A DNA stretch of 64,000 bases. It comes from Cycas panzhihuaensis. Lineage: Eukaryota > Plantae > Cycadophyta. The position numbers and the translations under genes were made by a program. The notes beneath the pieces were generated by a model, which was not told the origin of the DNA, ran no database searches, and was given only the letters and a program-made list of their open reading frames with translations. Numbering within the stretch: position 1 is the first letter of the stretch; every line of letters begins with the position of its first letter. Shown here piece by piece: positions 13,373 to 25,893 of the stretch. The stretch is from assembly GCA_023213395.1 (NCBI GenBank), contig CM041465.1, positions 101,997,741 to 102,061,740 on the forward strand, in the 5' to 3' direction.

Positions 13373-16300
13373 TGTTTCCTAGCCACTGGGAATAGATAGA
13401 GATGGTACTGCATAGGTAAGATTAGGTATACTTTTTTCCCCTTTCTCTTTTTATTCCATTTTTTTAATTATTAGATTACATGATAATTGTATGGTTGCTT
13501 GGCTACTTGGATTGCATGTTTGATCCCGTTGCCTATGTATGATCCCTGCCTATGATGACCAAGACTTTGGTCCAATGATGATATTGAACTGCCATGGTGA
13601 ATCCCCTCTTGATGATTAGTTCCTCACATGCTTTTATAGCCTAACTTAGTGACTCTTAGCTTGTTCATACTTTTTTATGACATCTTTGGTCCACTAAGGG
13701 ATGTTTATTGAGGTTTTTGCCTATGAAAAGGTGTCCCTCATTGCTCACTTCATGTGAGGTTTGCTAATGATTTTCAATAGTAACTGGTTAGGCCTTTTTG
13801 TACCCTAGTATGCATGGTTATCATTGTTACATTTTATTCTAACTCATTTTAATGCATTCCTCATATGTTTTTTGGCATTTTTATATCCATAGAAAGACCT
13901 GAAATTGGCCTACTGGTCTTTAGGGGTATATCTTAGACCCTTCAACAGTCTACCTTATTATGTTTTGCCTCTTTTAATTAATATTTATTAAATTTTTACT
14001 AAAATTCTATGAACTTGCTATTTCCCTACCCCATTTTTTATCTACACCATCTTATTATTGCACCCCATTAATATATTATCAGTACCGCTAATATATTAGT
14101 GGTGTTACAAATCAATTTGTGGTGTGACTATTATAAGTTTAAACACGACTAAAAATAATAAAAAATGCATTTAATGTGAGCCTGATATAGAATACAGCCT
14201 CGGGACCAACCTAGATTAGGCCCTAATGGTCCTGAGACCTCACCCAAACCATAAAAACCTCAATTCAAAATTATTTTCTCTCTCTTCAATAAAATATTTC
14301 TACTCAACTCCACATTTCGCTTAAAAAAATCTCATCCTCTTAACATCTGTTTGCAATCCATGTATAGAACAATATTTTGGCAAGGGAAAGTAAGTAGGAT
14401 CAAGCTCTATAACAACATTAAATTAGACCCAAGCTATCAAGTCACAAAGAAGAGCTAATTTCCTTCCTAAAAAACATAAACTTCTTCTCTAAGACTTTTA
14501 ATTTCTTAGTTAAAAACATCCTTCTACCTCAACCTCTCCTTCAACCAAGAGTTAAGCTATGTTGCTATAATTTTTATTTCTAAAACACTTTAGTTACCAT
14601 TCTTTTCCTCAAATATTTATTATATATGGTGTTGATTTTAGAATGTAGGAAAGGTTTCATATGCACTATTCTTGTTTCCTTGAGGATATAGGAGGCAACA
14701 CCTCCTTTTACCTTCAAAACTCCTTGTTTCACTTCCAAACCATTGGCAAATAGAGGATAGGGAGCCTAATCAGCCAAGGGAAGTTATAGGAAGGTCCATT
14801 AGCCTAAGTTCTGACTCTAGCAAGCCCCTTCTACTTGGACAATCCCCCTTCCTAAGTTTCACGACATCCTACCATACCTCCACCTTGCCAATGTGGCATT
14901 TGCGATTGTGAAACTTGCAGAACAATTTTTTTGCAACTTGATATACTCCTCTAAAACATCAATCCAATTAGTAACCTAGAGTGAGGCACCCATAGCCACC
15001 TAGGGAATACCACTACATAAGGGAGCTTTCCATCCCAAGGCAACCTCTCTCATCTTCTTCTCTTCTCCTTTTTCTTCTTAATGTTGCATGGAAACATTCC
15101 CTAGTAAAAATTAGAATTTGGTTTTCATTTTGTTGTTGCAAGTTAGAAACTAGCATTTTAGCACTGCATTGTTTTATAGTGACTAACATACATATAAAGA
15201 TATACATATATATACTTGTTGTTGCTTGTGGAAGAGTTATTTCCTTTGTTGTGTAGGTTAAGGGCCCCATCCTAGCAAGTGAGGCAGTAAATTGTGAGGT
15301 AATACAATCTCTATTTTGAGCATATTTTATGTTTCATGCCCCTCTCTTTCTTTCATTCTGTACTAGTTTGGCATGATGTCTTAGGTGAGGTAAGGAAGCC
15401 CCACCTAAACTTCACCAACATCTACAACATCAAGAGCAGTAAAGTTGCCAGCAAAGAGGGTGCATGAAGAAGAGTTGCACCACTCCACCAACCATCACGT
15501 ATCCAGGTGCATTTTGCTTAACCATTTCTCTTCCTACCTCTCTCACACCCTTACCCTAAAGAAAATAAAAGTGTAGGAAAAAGGAACATTTTCATTTCTA
15601 TTCATGCATGTTTACATATTATATAAGGAAGAAATGCATAGCATAGACTAGACATTCTTTATTTTTCTCTCATATTTAGAACAAAAGTCTACATGTTTTC
15701 CCTTTCCCCTTATCTTTGCATACTGCATAGTGAAAAGATTTAAAAGGAAAAAGGGTACATTGCCTTCCTCCTTGCATAAATAGGAGATATCATTGCATTT
15801 CTTTCATTTACTACACTAGAAAAATGGGCTAGCCATAAATAAGCAATCATTATATTCTTTTTATTTCCTTTCGCTCCCTTAGATAATCCCTTGAGAGAAA
15901 AAGTGAAATGAGAGCGAGGGAAAGTAGCTAGGTCATTTTTATTGCAAAGTGTTTAATTATTTCTAAAACATCAAAATGATTTCCATTATTGCAACATAAA
16001 CCTATTCTATAAATAAGAAAAATAACTACCCTTCTTTTCCTCCTCATATTCAGCAAAAAGTACAAACCCTAGTCAGAACCAAATGGTTGTAACATCCTCT
16101 CACTCCCTAGCTTATTAAGGGCAATCCTTTAGGCACCAAACTAACTACCTTAGACCCCCACTTGTAATAAATTATAAGCAACTAATCCTTCTACCTACGC
16201 TCACTCATTCTTATTACCAAACTAATAAATAAATGAATAAGTAGAAGCTAAGCAAATCAACAATCATTTCCCCTCCTTCTCATCTCTAGGGTTCCTTTCC

Positions 16301-16612
16301 ATAAGGAACTATATCCCTTTCATCTCCTCCTCAAAAGGAGATCTTCTTCACCCTCTTTCACCTTAAGAGTAGGAGAGCCCTACCTTGGATACTCATCAAC
16401 TTGAGGATGCCTTTGTCAGCCCCTTTTATTTCACATCAAGAAGACCCCTTGGAAAAGAGATGCCTTATGCACAGTTATGGGTCCTTGAACCTGCGGTCTG
16501 ATGCATAGATGCCATTTAAGGGTATCTTGGCCACATTCTTTCCTCTCGTTTGTTAGATTCTATAGCTAGTAAGAATAGTTAAGACCTAGTAAGCCCTAGT
16601 GGTGCACTTCCA
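13373..16612 (+). repeat. Family A LTR2 (~3240 bp), shared by units 1 and 2; PBS CTAGTGACCATA at 16613-16624
   Basis: TGTTTCC...CTTCCA, with a PPT before and a PBS after. Confidence 0.85.
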
Positions 16613-16785
16613 CTAGTGACCATACTGGGAACTACTAGTAAGGGAAAACCATAATCCCCTATTTTTTGTGTTGGCGTTAGCCTCCCTCTTTTCCTTCCAT
16701 AACTCCTAGATTCATTGGCCAGCCCCCAACATCCTCATTACTCCTTTTATCTTACCCCTTCCATGACTTTTAATATGAGACATTG

Positions 16786-19700
16786 ATATGATGTTTCTCC
16801 CATTATTTACGTGGTCTTTCCCCCATCTTGGAAGAACCCTCATATTCTTCTATCCCCTCATCCGATTCTGAATCGGCAATGAAGGGACACACGTTAGAGG
16901 GGGCATACCACACCTACGTCTCTGAAACCTAAGTTTAAACCTTAAGTTCCATCTAAGATCCTGCTCAAGAAGGTGAATATCCTATTTTCTATTTAGGTGA
17001 ATAAGAGAGCCTTGATTTTCACCCGTTTCTTACACATGATATAGGCACATCCACCTCTATGGAATACTATCACACTGGTGAGAATTCCTATGAGGACTGA
17101 CCTGCAGGTCTTGCCTCATACGAGGAGCATTCCACCTTATATGAGCATGCATTCACCCATCTTGTGGATATAGTAGAGGCATTGCAATAGTGCTTTGGAG
17201 GTGCAAGCACCCAACCACCTCCAAAGTGGCTATATAGCCTCTTTTGTAGCATGGCACCATCTACTTCTATACCTGTGTCTTCTATTTCATCTAAACCACC
17301 ACCCATAGTAATGATAGGACTTACTCTTATCATTTTCTCTTCTTCATATACCCCTCATGTCCAAGGGGCTCCCTAGGGAACACCCATATTCCAAATTGGG
17401 TTGAGCATGCTCCTTCCAAACTAAGTGACCATACCTCAACCTACTATGGTCCATGCCCCTTTCACATGACCTAAGGGACTCTCACATCCCTAATCCTTAG
17501 GCCATATAGGACCTATCCCTATGTGTCCTCGTTTGCAACTAATGGACTCTTCCCTTTACGTGCCCCTAGGGTACACATCCAAAACTTGGAGGCATGGAAG
17601 GGAAAACCCTGTTCCAATTTATGGGGTAGATTCACTACATCCTTATGGAGTTGCACCTCCTATAGGTGGCCCATATGGTTAAAATCCTATACCTCATCCC
17701 CTTTCATACATAGTATCTTCTTGAGGAGTATATGTTCCTCCTCATGACCCTTACTCTTGTATGCCCTCTCAATAAGGGGCATACCCTCAAGGTGGAATGG
17801 GATCATCACTCACCTCCCTTCTATTTAGCCTTATCTTAAATGGAAATAGCTCCTTCCCACCAAGTAGGTGGGAATCCTTATCCCTCATATGCCCAAACCC
17901 CTCAAGGAGGAGCCAAGTATCTATATCTACCTCCTCTCATGCCTCCAGTTGATCCTTTGCCTCAATTGAGAGTTCATCCTTTTGTTAACTATAGGTCAAT
18001 CCCACTATCAATTGAGGCACTCAGGACTAATATATCGCCTCACCCTCCTGAGGTAACTAAATTTGATGGTACCTCATCATAAGACCCAACTAAACATGTC
18101 AGGAATTTCTCCATGGTATACATCGATTATTAGGCTTATAACCACATACTGATGAAATTATCTCCTCGTTCTTTGCATGGAGATGCCCTTAAATGGTTTT
18201 ACCGTCTCCCTGCTCATTCAATTCACTCCTTCCAATAGCTTGTGGATGAGTTTATCAACTACTTTGATATAGCTCACCCCTTCAAGAGTAGGATTAAAGC
18301 TCTACTCTCCCTCAAACAAGGCTATAATGAAATGAATCATGACTTTGTTAAGTATTTCCATGACCTCCTCCATTTCACAAAGGCTATATTGCCTAAAGAA
18401 TTGAAGAGGGATATTTTTGTCAATTCCCTTAGACTTAAAGTCTATATTGAAGTCCTAAAAATGGGGGTGATAACATGTGAGTCTACCATAGCAAAATGCT
18501 TGGCACTTGAGGCTATTAAGATCCAAATAAGTCTCAAGAAGCCTCTTAGGTCATTGCAACAATGTGAGGCACCCCCTCCATCACATGACCAATGACCCTA
18601 ACAACCTCCAAGGCCCCCTACTTATATGACAGAGAGAACCTTGGATCCATTAACCTATACTATATGCTCATTTAAGCATATGATGAAGAAGTTAAAGCTC
18701 CAACTCTCCCAATAACCTTTGGATTCTCGTAGGCATGTTCATTAGGCATCCCAAGCCATGTTGACTAAAGGCAGAAATACCTACCCTCCCTTTAGAAGAT
18801 ATGGTACTTCATCCATGGTAAGTATCTTCATGAAGATTTATAATGTTTGGTGTAACACCCTAAGCTTGCCCCATAGTGTGATTCTTCTTCTAAATAGGTA
18901 TCTAGGCCTAACTTAGACCAATATGTTCATTGTGATCCCTTCCCCAAACATAATGAATAGGATCGATCCAGTTAGGATAGAGGGACAAGGAATAGGGGAT
19001 GATCCTCTAACCCTACTCTTGAGCAAACGAAGGGAAAGGGGGCATGGGATTCATCTTCTACTCCTCATCCTCATCCTTATCCTTCCTTATCCCAACATAA
19101 ATTCATCTTGATAGCAATAGAAAACTTTACCAAATGGGTTGAAGCTATTCCATTGACCTCTACTATTGACAAGACAATTACCACTTTCATTTACCAATAT
19201 ATTATCTATTGATTCAGGGTCCCTGACATCTTAATCACAAATAATGGTATGCCCTTTTGTAATACGGAGATGGACAAACTCTGTGAGAGATTCAAGATAT
19301 CTCATAAGACTTCATCTCCCTACTACCCCTAGGCCAACATTTGAATTGAGTGGTTTAATAAGACCCTTATCAATATCTTGAAGAAGACGGTTGTCCAATC
19401 CTAAAAGGATTGGCACCTTCAACTTTATTTTGCATTGTGGGCCTACTACACCTTTATCCATATAGTAATGAGAATGACCTTATTCTCCCTACTATATGGA
19501 ATGAATGTGGTTTTACCCTTAGAGGTTGAGATCCCCTCCATGAGGGTTTCTCTCAAGGGTCTCATTGATAAGAAGTCATGCCGCCAGGCCTACCTCTTAA
19601 ACCTTGAAGCCCTGGATAAGAAGAGCTTAGCCATGTACCAAGCAAATATTGATTCTAAGGCTAAAGCATATAAGACATATGATAAGTTTCTATATCTTTT

Positions 19701-19896
19701 ATCACTAAACTCTAGAGACCAAGTCCTCAAACTAGAGTACCTCCACAATTGACTATCTAAATTTGGCCCCAAATAAATGGGCCCCTTCATTATCCTCAAG
19801 AGCCTTGACAATAACATGTATAGGATAGTGACGTTGGAAGGGCCTGAATTCAGCAAAGTCATAAATGGAAAGTTCCTAAAGAAATTCTATGTGCGA
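16786..19896 (+). pseudogene. gag: Degenerate gag-integrase fusion, A unit 2
   Basis: ORFs 17840-18082 and 18242-18595 (gag), 19435-19752 and 19777- (integrase, GPF motif); same deletion junction as unit 1, at ~19085. Confidence 0.85.
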
Positions 19897-20699
19897 CCCC
19901 TTCTACTTCTAAGTAGAATGGATGCCTTTCCTTCGCTCCAAAATGAGCCTAAGCTACCTCCCAAATGCTTTGCCACGGCTTCATGTTAAGAGCACAACAT
20001 GTATTTAGATCTTAGGTCACTTTGTGTATTGATGAAGAAGCCATACCCCTTTCTAAAGGAGCTATTTGTCCCTTTCAACCATAAAGCACCCCTTTTTTGC
20101 TCATACATTAGTAGTTGTTTAGATGTATCAGTTTGCCACCACACCTGTTGTTAGGGTTTCATCTAAGGATGTGACTTAGCCTACTTCCGAGAACGAGTCA
20201 CTACTTGGCAAAGCCCTTAGGGATAGTCCATATCCCTGCTTTAACTATTTCTTTGAGTACCCATACTCATTTAGTTACTTTCTTAGTAGGATCCCCATGT
20301 TCCATCTAAGGAACATGCATGGTCCGCTCACCCTAGTCTCGTGCGAGATCACCTACCATATAGGGTGATCATGTGTGCCTGGTGTGAGTGCTATGCTACA
20401 TAAAAGAAAGTATTCAAGCTAAAAGAATCTCTATATGCATGATACAGTAGAATGTAAATCAATCCATATTATGATATCTACATCTATACATCCATAATCA
20501 ACAAAATAGGCAAAGTATGTCAAAATAGGATACCAATGTAGCCCTTGTATATATATACAAAATGAGTAATGGTATAAAGTATTGGTAGCATATGCCGAAG
20601 GAAGCTAGAATCCTTGTAGGGGTAGGTACAATCATGTATTTATGCGTGATAAGGAATCCCCTAGATGTCTAAAGGTTTCCTATCATAAAAGAGTTATAG

Positions 20700-23258
20700 T
20701 ACAATAGTCATGTGACGCTGCCATATCCTCATAGCGTGTTACCTCTAGGCATGTTTGCTCCCTAGCCTGGAGACCACATCCTTCCTAAGCTCCTCCTCCT
20801 CCTTTGCAAGGTCCTAGCCTTACTCCCCTTATCTCTTTCCCTCCTCTAGGATGGCACCACTATGTGAGTACTGCTATATGAGGATCAAGTGGTTATCTGG
20901 TTGACTAATCGGTCATATCACTCTTGTAGCCTATCCCTCTTACTTAGTAGTAGACTTTACTCTCTCTCCATTGCATGGATCTTCTCCTTGAGCATGATGA
21001 TCCTCATGTTACCCCTAACATCTCTGGCTCCTCCCCCTTAAGCTTCTAGCACCTACACCCAAGCCTACAGTTGGTCTCTCTCAGCTCATAGTTGATCCCT
21101 CTCTTCTTATAACTCTTGGGCCTCTATAGCCTATATATCTCGCATTCGTGTGAGTAGAGCAAAAGCTGAAGTGTGCCTCCCTACTGACCTAGGATCCTTA
21201 CTATCTATGATGAGAAGCCACTTCTTCTCGTATACCCATGGGAAGAGCTCGATGACTACCTACCTTACCAACTCTCCTATGTCATCTCCACTTGTCATCC
21301 ATACACACCAGGGTGTCAGTAAGAGTGTATGCAATAATTCATCAAAACCAAAAATATGTAAAGCATATCAAATAAACTCTGTAAGCATCAAATAACTAAA
21401 TTGAAAGCTAAAGCTAGAGTAGAGGGGAAGTCTCACCTCCTAGGATGCCTAATGCCTCCTTAACTACCACACCTATAACTATAGTCACTATCTCATCCTC
21501 TCCTAGCTCTTCCTCCTCCCCCTGAGGATCTAGTGCATCACCTCCCTTAGCCTCCTCTACTCCAAGGACCTCCTCTCTACCTATGGATAAACCTGTCTCT
21601 ATCACTGTTGTTATCACTACCTCTACCTTTAGGTCATCACCAACAACTCCCTCATCCTCCTCTTTGTCCATTAACTCCTCTCCTAGAGCATCAGTGTCCT
21701 TACCTCCCTCCTCATCACTATGACTTACTGTTATACCAAAAGCCCATGGGTGATTTAGGAAGAGGACTCCTTAGTAAGTGAACTGGTTATGGTCCAACAC
21801 TCCCCCGCGATAAGGAGGCTACCATAGCACATATTACCTATATTATAATTCCACATGAATGGGGGTATATGGGGAACCCGATGGGGAAAGGAGCTTTATC
21901 TAATATTTGTGCAAGGTTTGAACCTTGAACTTGGGCTCTGATACTACTTGTGACTTGCCATTATACCAAAAGCTTATGGGTGATTTAGGAAGAGGACTCC
22001 TTGGCAAGTGAACTAGCCATAGTCCAAAAGTCACTCCCCTAGTGGATAGCGTGATATGAGTCTCTCATATAGTCATCTAATTAGAGGGGCGCAAAATGTC
22101 CAAAATACAATTCAAGAGTGTAGGAGGGCGCAAAATGAAAATCCTCCTTGTCCCACCCTCCTAATCTAGTCTATCTAGGCTATAAGATTGGCCACTATTA
22201 AAGTGGCCCAATTAAAATGCTCCTCCTGCTCACACCTCCTCACTGCCATCATCTATCCCCCTAGTATATCCATGTAATTATATTTCTAAGAGATCTATAA
22301 TAGAATAGTAAACACTATCAAAACATAATAGTAAACATTATCATCTTCCTCACATGAGTAATCCTTGACATAGCAATGGATCTCAGTGGTATATTCCTCC
22401 AATCCCAATGATTCCTACCTGTGAAAAATCTTATAACCTCTCAATGGGTTATATCTATGCTTGAGAGGGTACCTAATATTGCTAGTGTGCCTCTATCTAG
22501 CATCCCCAGAATCCTCCTAACATTGGTAGGAGTGATAGTAACATATCCTACCTAAGGGAGATGGAATGGAATACATGCCTCCTATGATCCTAGTGAGAAA
22601 TGATATCTACTAGGAGGGCCTAGTCTGACACATACTGAGGTGTACAAATGATCTTCTTTAGCCTACACCACCGTAGGATTGCCCTTTCCTATATCTCTAG
22701 TAGGTCAATAAACCCAACCATAGCTCTGCCAATGTTTTTGTGGTTATCAACTGTGATAACAGGCTATAAAAATAAGAAAGCACATTACCAGTTAGCCAAT
22801 CTTCTCTCTGTTAGTCAAAAGTCCTCTCTAACCATAAAAAAATAAGAGAAATTAATATAAATTTCATAGTTTTCTATTTTTATTAAATTGTCCTGGTACT
22901 ACTAATATATTTGCAGTACCGTAAATATATAAGCAAGCCCTACTAACTCTTCCTTAGCCTATAAGGAAGTTTGTGGCACCACGAATAAGTTTTTGGTCCT
23001 GCAGCTTCCCTTGCTAAAAATTTTTAAAAAATAAAAAATAAATAAAATTTTTATTTTTTGTAAATTACAACCAGTTCACTAGGACTAGGGCTTCCTAATA
23101 CCCAAGTCTAACCTCTTTTAGGCCCTTTAATGGGTCCCAGAAAGCCCAATTCACCCACAAAGGGAACTAAACTATAATTAAAAGTACTACTAACTAAAAT
23201 TCAAAATTAAAGGTCAAGACCTAGATTGGCATACCAGATCTAATCTAATCACAGCCAT
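20700..23258 (-). pseudogene. Antisense spliced PMD gene, A unit 2 (exon 1 23235-23258), interrupted by a TRIM; 3' end approximate
   Basis: Homology to the other copies; 24-nt first coding exon followed by a GTATGC donor. Confidence 0.75.
21719..22029 (-). mobile_element. TRIM (terminal-repeat retrotransposon in miniature), 311 bp with 81-bp LTRs (21719-21799, 21949-22029)
   Basis: Two 81-bp direct repeats. On the minus strand TAGTATCAGAGC (the tRNA-iMet PBS TGGTATCAGAGC) follows the 5' LTR and GCGGGGGAG (PPT) precedes the 3' LTR. TSD ATCAC/GTCAC; absent from unit 1. Confidence 0.9.
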
Positions 23259-23956
23259 CTCTCACTCTTGGATGCAACAACTCTCCTTGCATGATGATCT
23301 GATGGTCAGATCTCCTCCACTGAGCATGTGATGGGGTGGTAAATCAAGGTGCTAGAAGACCAAAGCTTTAAAATTGAATGAGGAAGCATGAAAATAAATC
23401 CCATTTCCACCCCTTGCCCTCCTTCTATTCACAACGCCATCTAAGGCACTACATCCTTTCTCTACCATGAAAGAGCCATTAGGATTATTTCTTTGAGCCT
23501 ATCTTTGATTCCTTTAAGGCCTAGGTCCATTTTTACCCATAGAAATACCTTTTTTCCTTCATTTACTGCATTTATGATGCCTTCTCTCAGCCTTTCTCGT
23601 GAACCCTTCTATTTAATTTTCATACCGTTCGAAATGCTATTGGAGTTTATATTCTGTTATCCCATTTTAATGCCCTGGATCCATTTTTTCCATCTGTTTA
23701 AGCCCCTAAGGATTCTAATGGGATCTCCTTCCTATATTAGGTCCCAGTTGGCCTTGTACCAACCCCAAGGACTTGTTGAACAACTTGTCACTATGATAAC
23801 CCTCCCTGATCCATAGGGAAGGCCCTCTACGAGCCTTATAGCCTATTTGTAGGGCTTTCCTATCCTACTGTGGTTAGTTTTCTGAGTTATCATGAGTTAT
23901 AGAAGCCCCTTTTAACCACTTCCTTTCCTTCTTATAACCATCTACTTCTTTTTACT

Positions 23957-24384
23957 ATGACTCTACTTATCTATACAAATGGTGGCGGTCATGGTAACCT
24001 GAGACTTTTGTAACTGCCTAGATCATTTGTGATCCCTCTGAGCGTGATGTCATGCATTCCAAAGTGTACTTACCTGAGGCCACGAATAATGAGCCTAAGT
24101 ATATAACCATTATCGAGGCCCTTATCGATACACTTCACTTCCATCCTGGCCCTATTATCCTCCATTATGATTCTTAGGTTATCGTATCGTAACTGACTCA
24201 AATATATCAAGTTTGTTGCCCTTGACTAAGATACCTTACCTCAACCACTAGATGTTTATTATCCTCCTTTTCCTTGGTAGATATCTAGCATATCCCTCAT
24301 GATCAAAATGTTGAAGTAGATAACCTTATTTACTTTATCCTTAAACATCTCCTCTAACCCTTAGATGATCCCTCGTCAACTTAA
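23957..24384 (+). pseudogene. Stand-alone aRH ORF, A unit 2, degenerate
   Basis: MTLLIYTNGGGHGN..., EATNNEPKY, DS*VIV, HIPHDQNVEVD. Confidence 0.8.
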
Positions 24385-24799
24385 TATGTTGACCCACCTG
24401 AGGTATTTATTACATCTCCTTGTATTAGGGTGATGAGGCATCCCCCTATCCCCTTCTTTCCTATTTCCCATTTATTTTATAGGGATTCTAATCCCATTCT
24501 ATCCTCCAGGACCATATTACCCTCTTAAGTGTCATCTTGGGCAACCCTTAGGTCACGCTTTTGAGGTGTCTCGCATATGTTTTTAGCTTAGGGCTCTATA
24601 CCCTAAGGATAGGTTGAGATATACCTCTCCTTCCACATCCTAACATATGTTTCCTATCCACGTGATCTATCATGGCATTCACTACTCACCTTGGTCATCA
24701 ACATGCATATTTAGATATGTTTTACTAATGATTTATGTTGACAGCATTCACCATCATCCAGTGCTTTTGAGTGATGAGGTTCTACTACTAAGGGGGTAA

Positions 24800-25585
24800 T
24801 GTTTCTTGGCAATCAGGAATGGATAGGGATAGTGCTACATAGGTAAGATCAGGTATACTCTTTCCCCCTTTCTCTTTTTATTATATTTCTTTGATTATTA
24901 TATTATCTAATGATTATATGATTACTTAACTACTTGGATTACCTACCTGATCCCTTTGCCTATGTATGATCCTTGCCTATGATGAACATGACTCTCGTCT
25001 AATGGTGATATTGAGCACCCATGATAAATCCCCTCCTGGTGATTAGTTCCTCACATCCTTCTGTAGCCTAACTTAGTGACTCTTAACTTGTTCATACTCT
25101 TTTATGACATCTTTTCCTCTATTATACCTTGTTTATCCCTTGGTCTACTAAGGGATGTTTATTAAGTTTTTTGCCTATGAAAAGATGCCCCTCATTACTC
25201 ACTCCATATGAGGTTTGCTAATGATTTTTAGTAGTGACTGGTTGGGCCTTTTTGTACCCTAGCATGCATGGTTATCATTGTTACATTGAGTCCTAACCCG
25301 TTTCAATGCATTCCTCATATGTTTCTAGCATTTTTCTATTTGTAGAATGGCCTAGAATTGGCCTACCAATCTTTAGGGATATATTTCAGGCCCTTCAACA
25401 ATCCATCCTATCGTGTTTTGCCCCTTTAATCAATATTTATCATCTATTTGCAAAAATTCTATGAACCTGTTGTCACCTTACCTCCTTTTTTGCCTGCACT
25501 GCTCTGATTATTGCACCCTACTAATATATTAGTGGTGCTACGAATCAATTTGTGGTTTGATTGTTATAAGTTTAAATATATGGTC
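24800..25585 (+). repeat. Family A LTR3, 5' ~790 bp only (truncated at a rearrangement)
   Basis: Matches 2253-3040; preceded by the PPT AAGGGGGTAA. Confidence 0.85.
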
Positions 25586-25660
25586 GTAAGTCCAACTAAT
25601 CACTACTAAAAATCATTAGCAGATCTCATACAGAGTGAGCAATGAGGGGCACCTTTTCAC

Positions 25661-25890
25661 TCCCTTTTATTTTACATCGAGAAGACCCCTTAGAAGATAG
25701 GTAGCTTATGCATGCTTATGAGTTCTCGAACCTGTGTTCTGATCTGTGAATGCTCTTTGAGCATATCTTGGCCACTTTCTTTTCTCCCATTCATTAGCTT
25801 CCATAAATAGTAAGGATAGTTAAGACCTAGTAACCCCCAACGGTATGCTTCCATTAGTGACCATACTGAAGACCCACTAGTAAGGGAAAA
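25661..25890 (+). repeat. Family A LTR 3' end plus PBS fragment, inside the foldback spacer
   Basis: Matches ~5335-5565, including ...CTTCCA-TTAGTGACCATA...CACTAGTAAGGGAAAA. Confidence 0.8.
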
Positions 25891-25893
25891 CAG

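Larger units (their letters stand above)
1..25585 (+). mobile_element. Tandem array of non-autonomous Tat-type Ty3/gypsy elements (family A): 3' part of unit 0, LTR1, unit 1, LTR2, unit 2, truncated LTR3
   Basis: Sequence at 1 recurs at ~11131 and ~22456. Each repeat runs LTR(TGTTTC..TTCCA)-PBS-gag-integrase-antisense PMD-aRH-PPT, and adjacent units share one LTR. Confidence 0.9.

Noticed and set aside
21719-22029. Cassandra TRIM or a tRNA/5S gene
   Set aside because: No recognisable 5S segment in the 81-bp LTRs; tRNA similarity is limited to the PBS.
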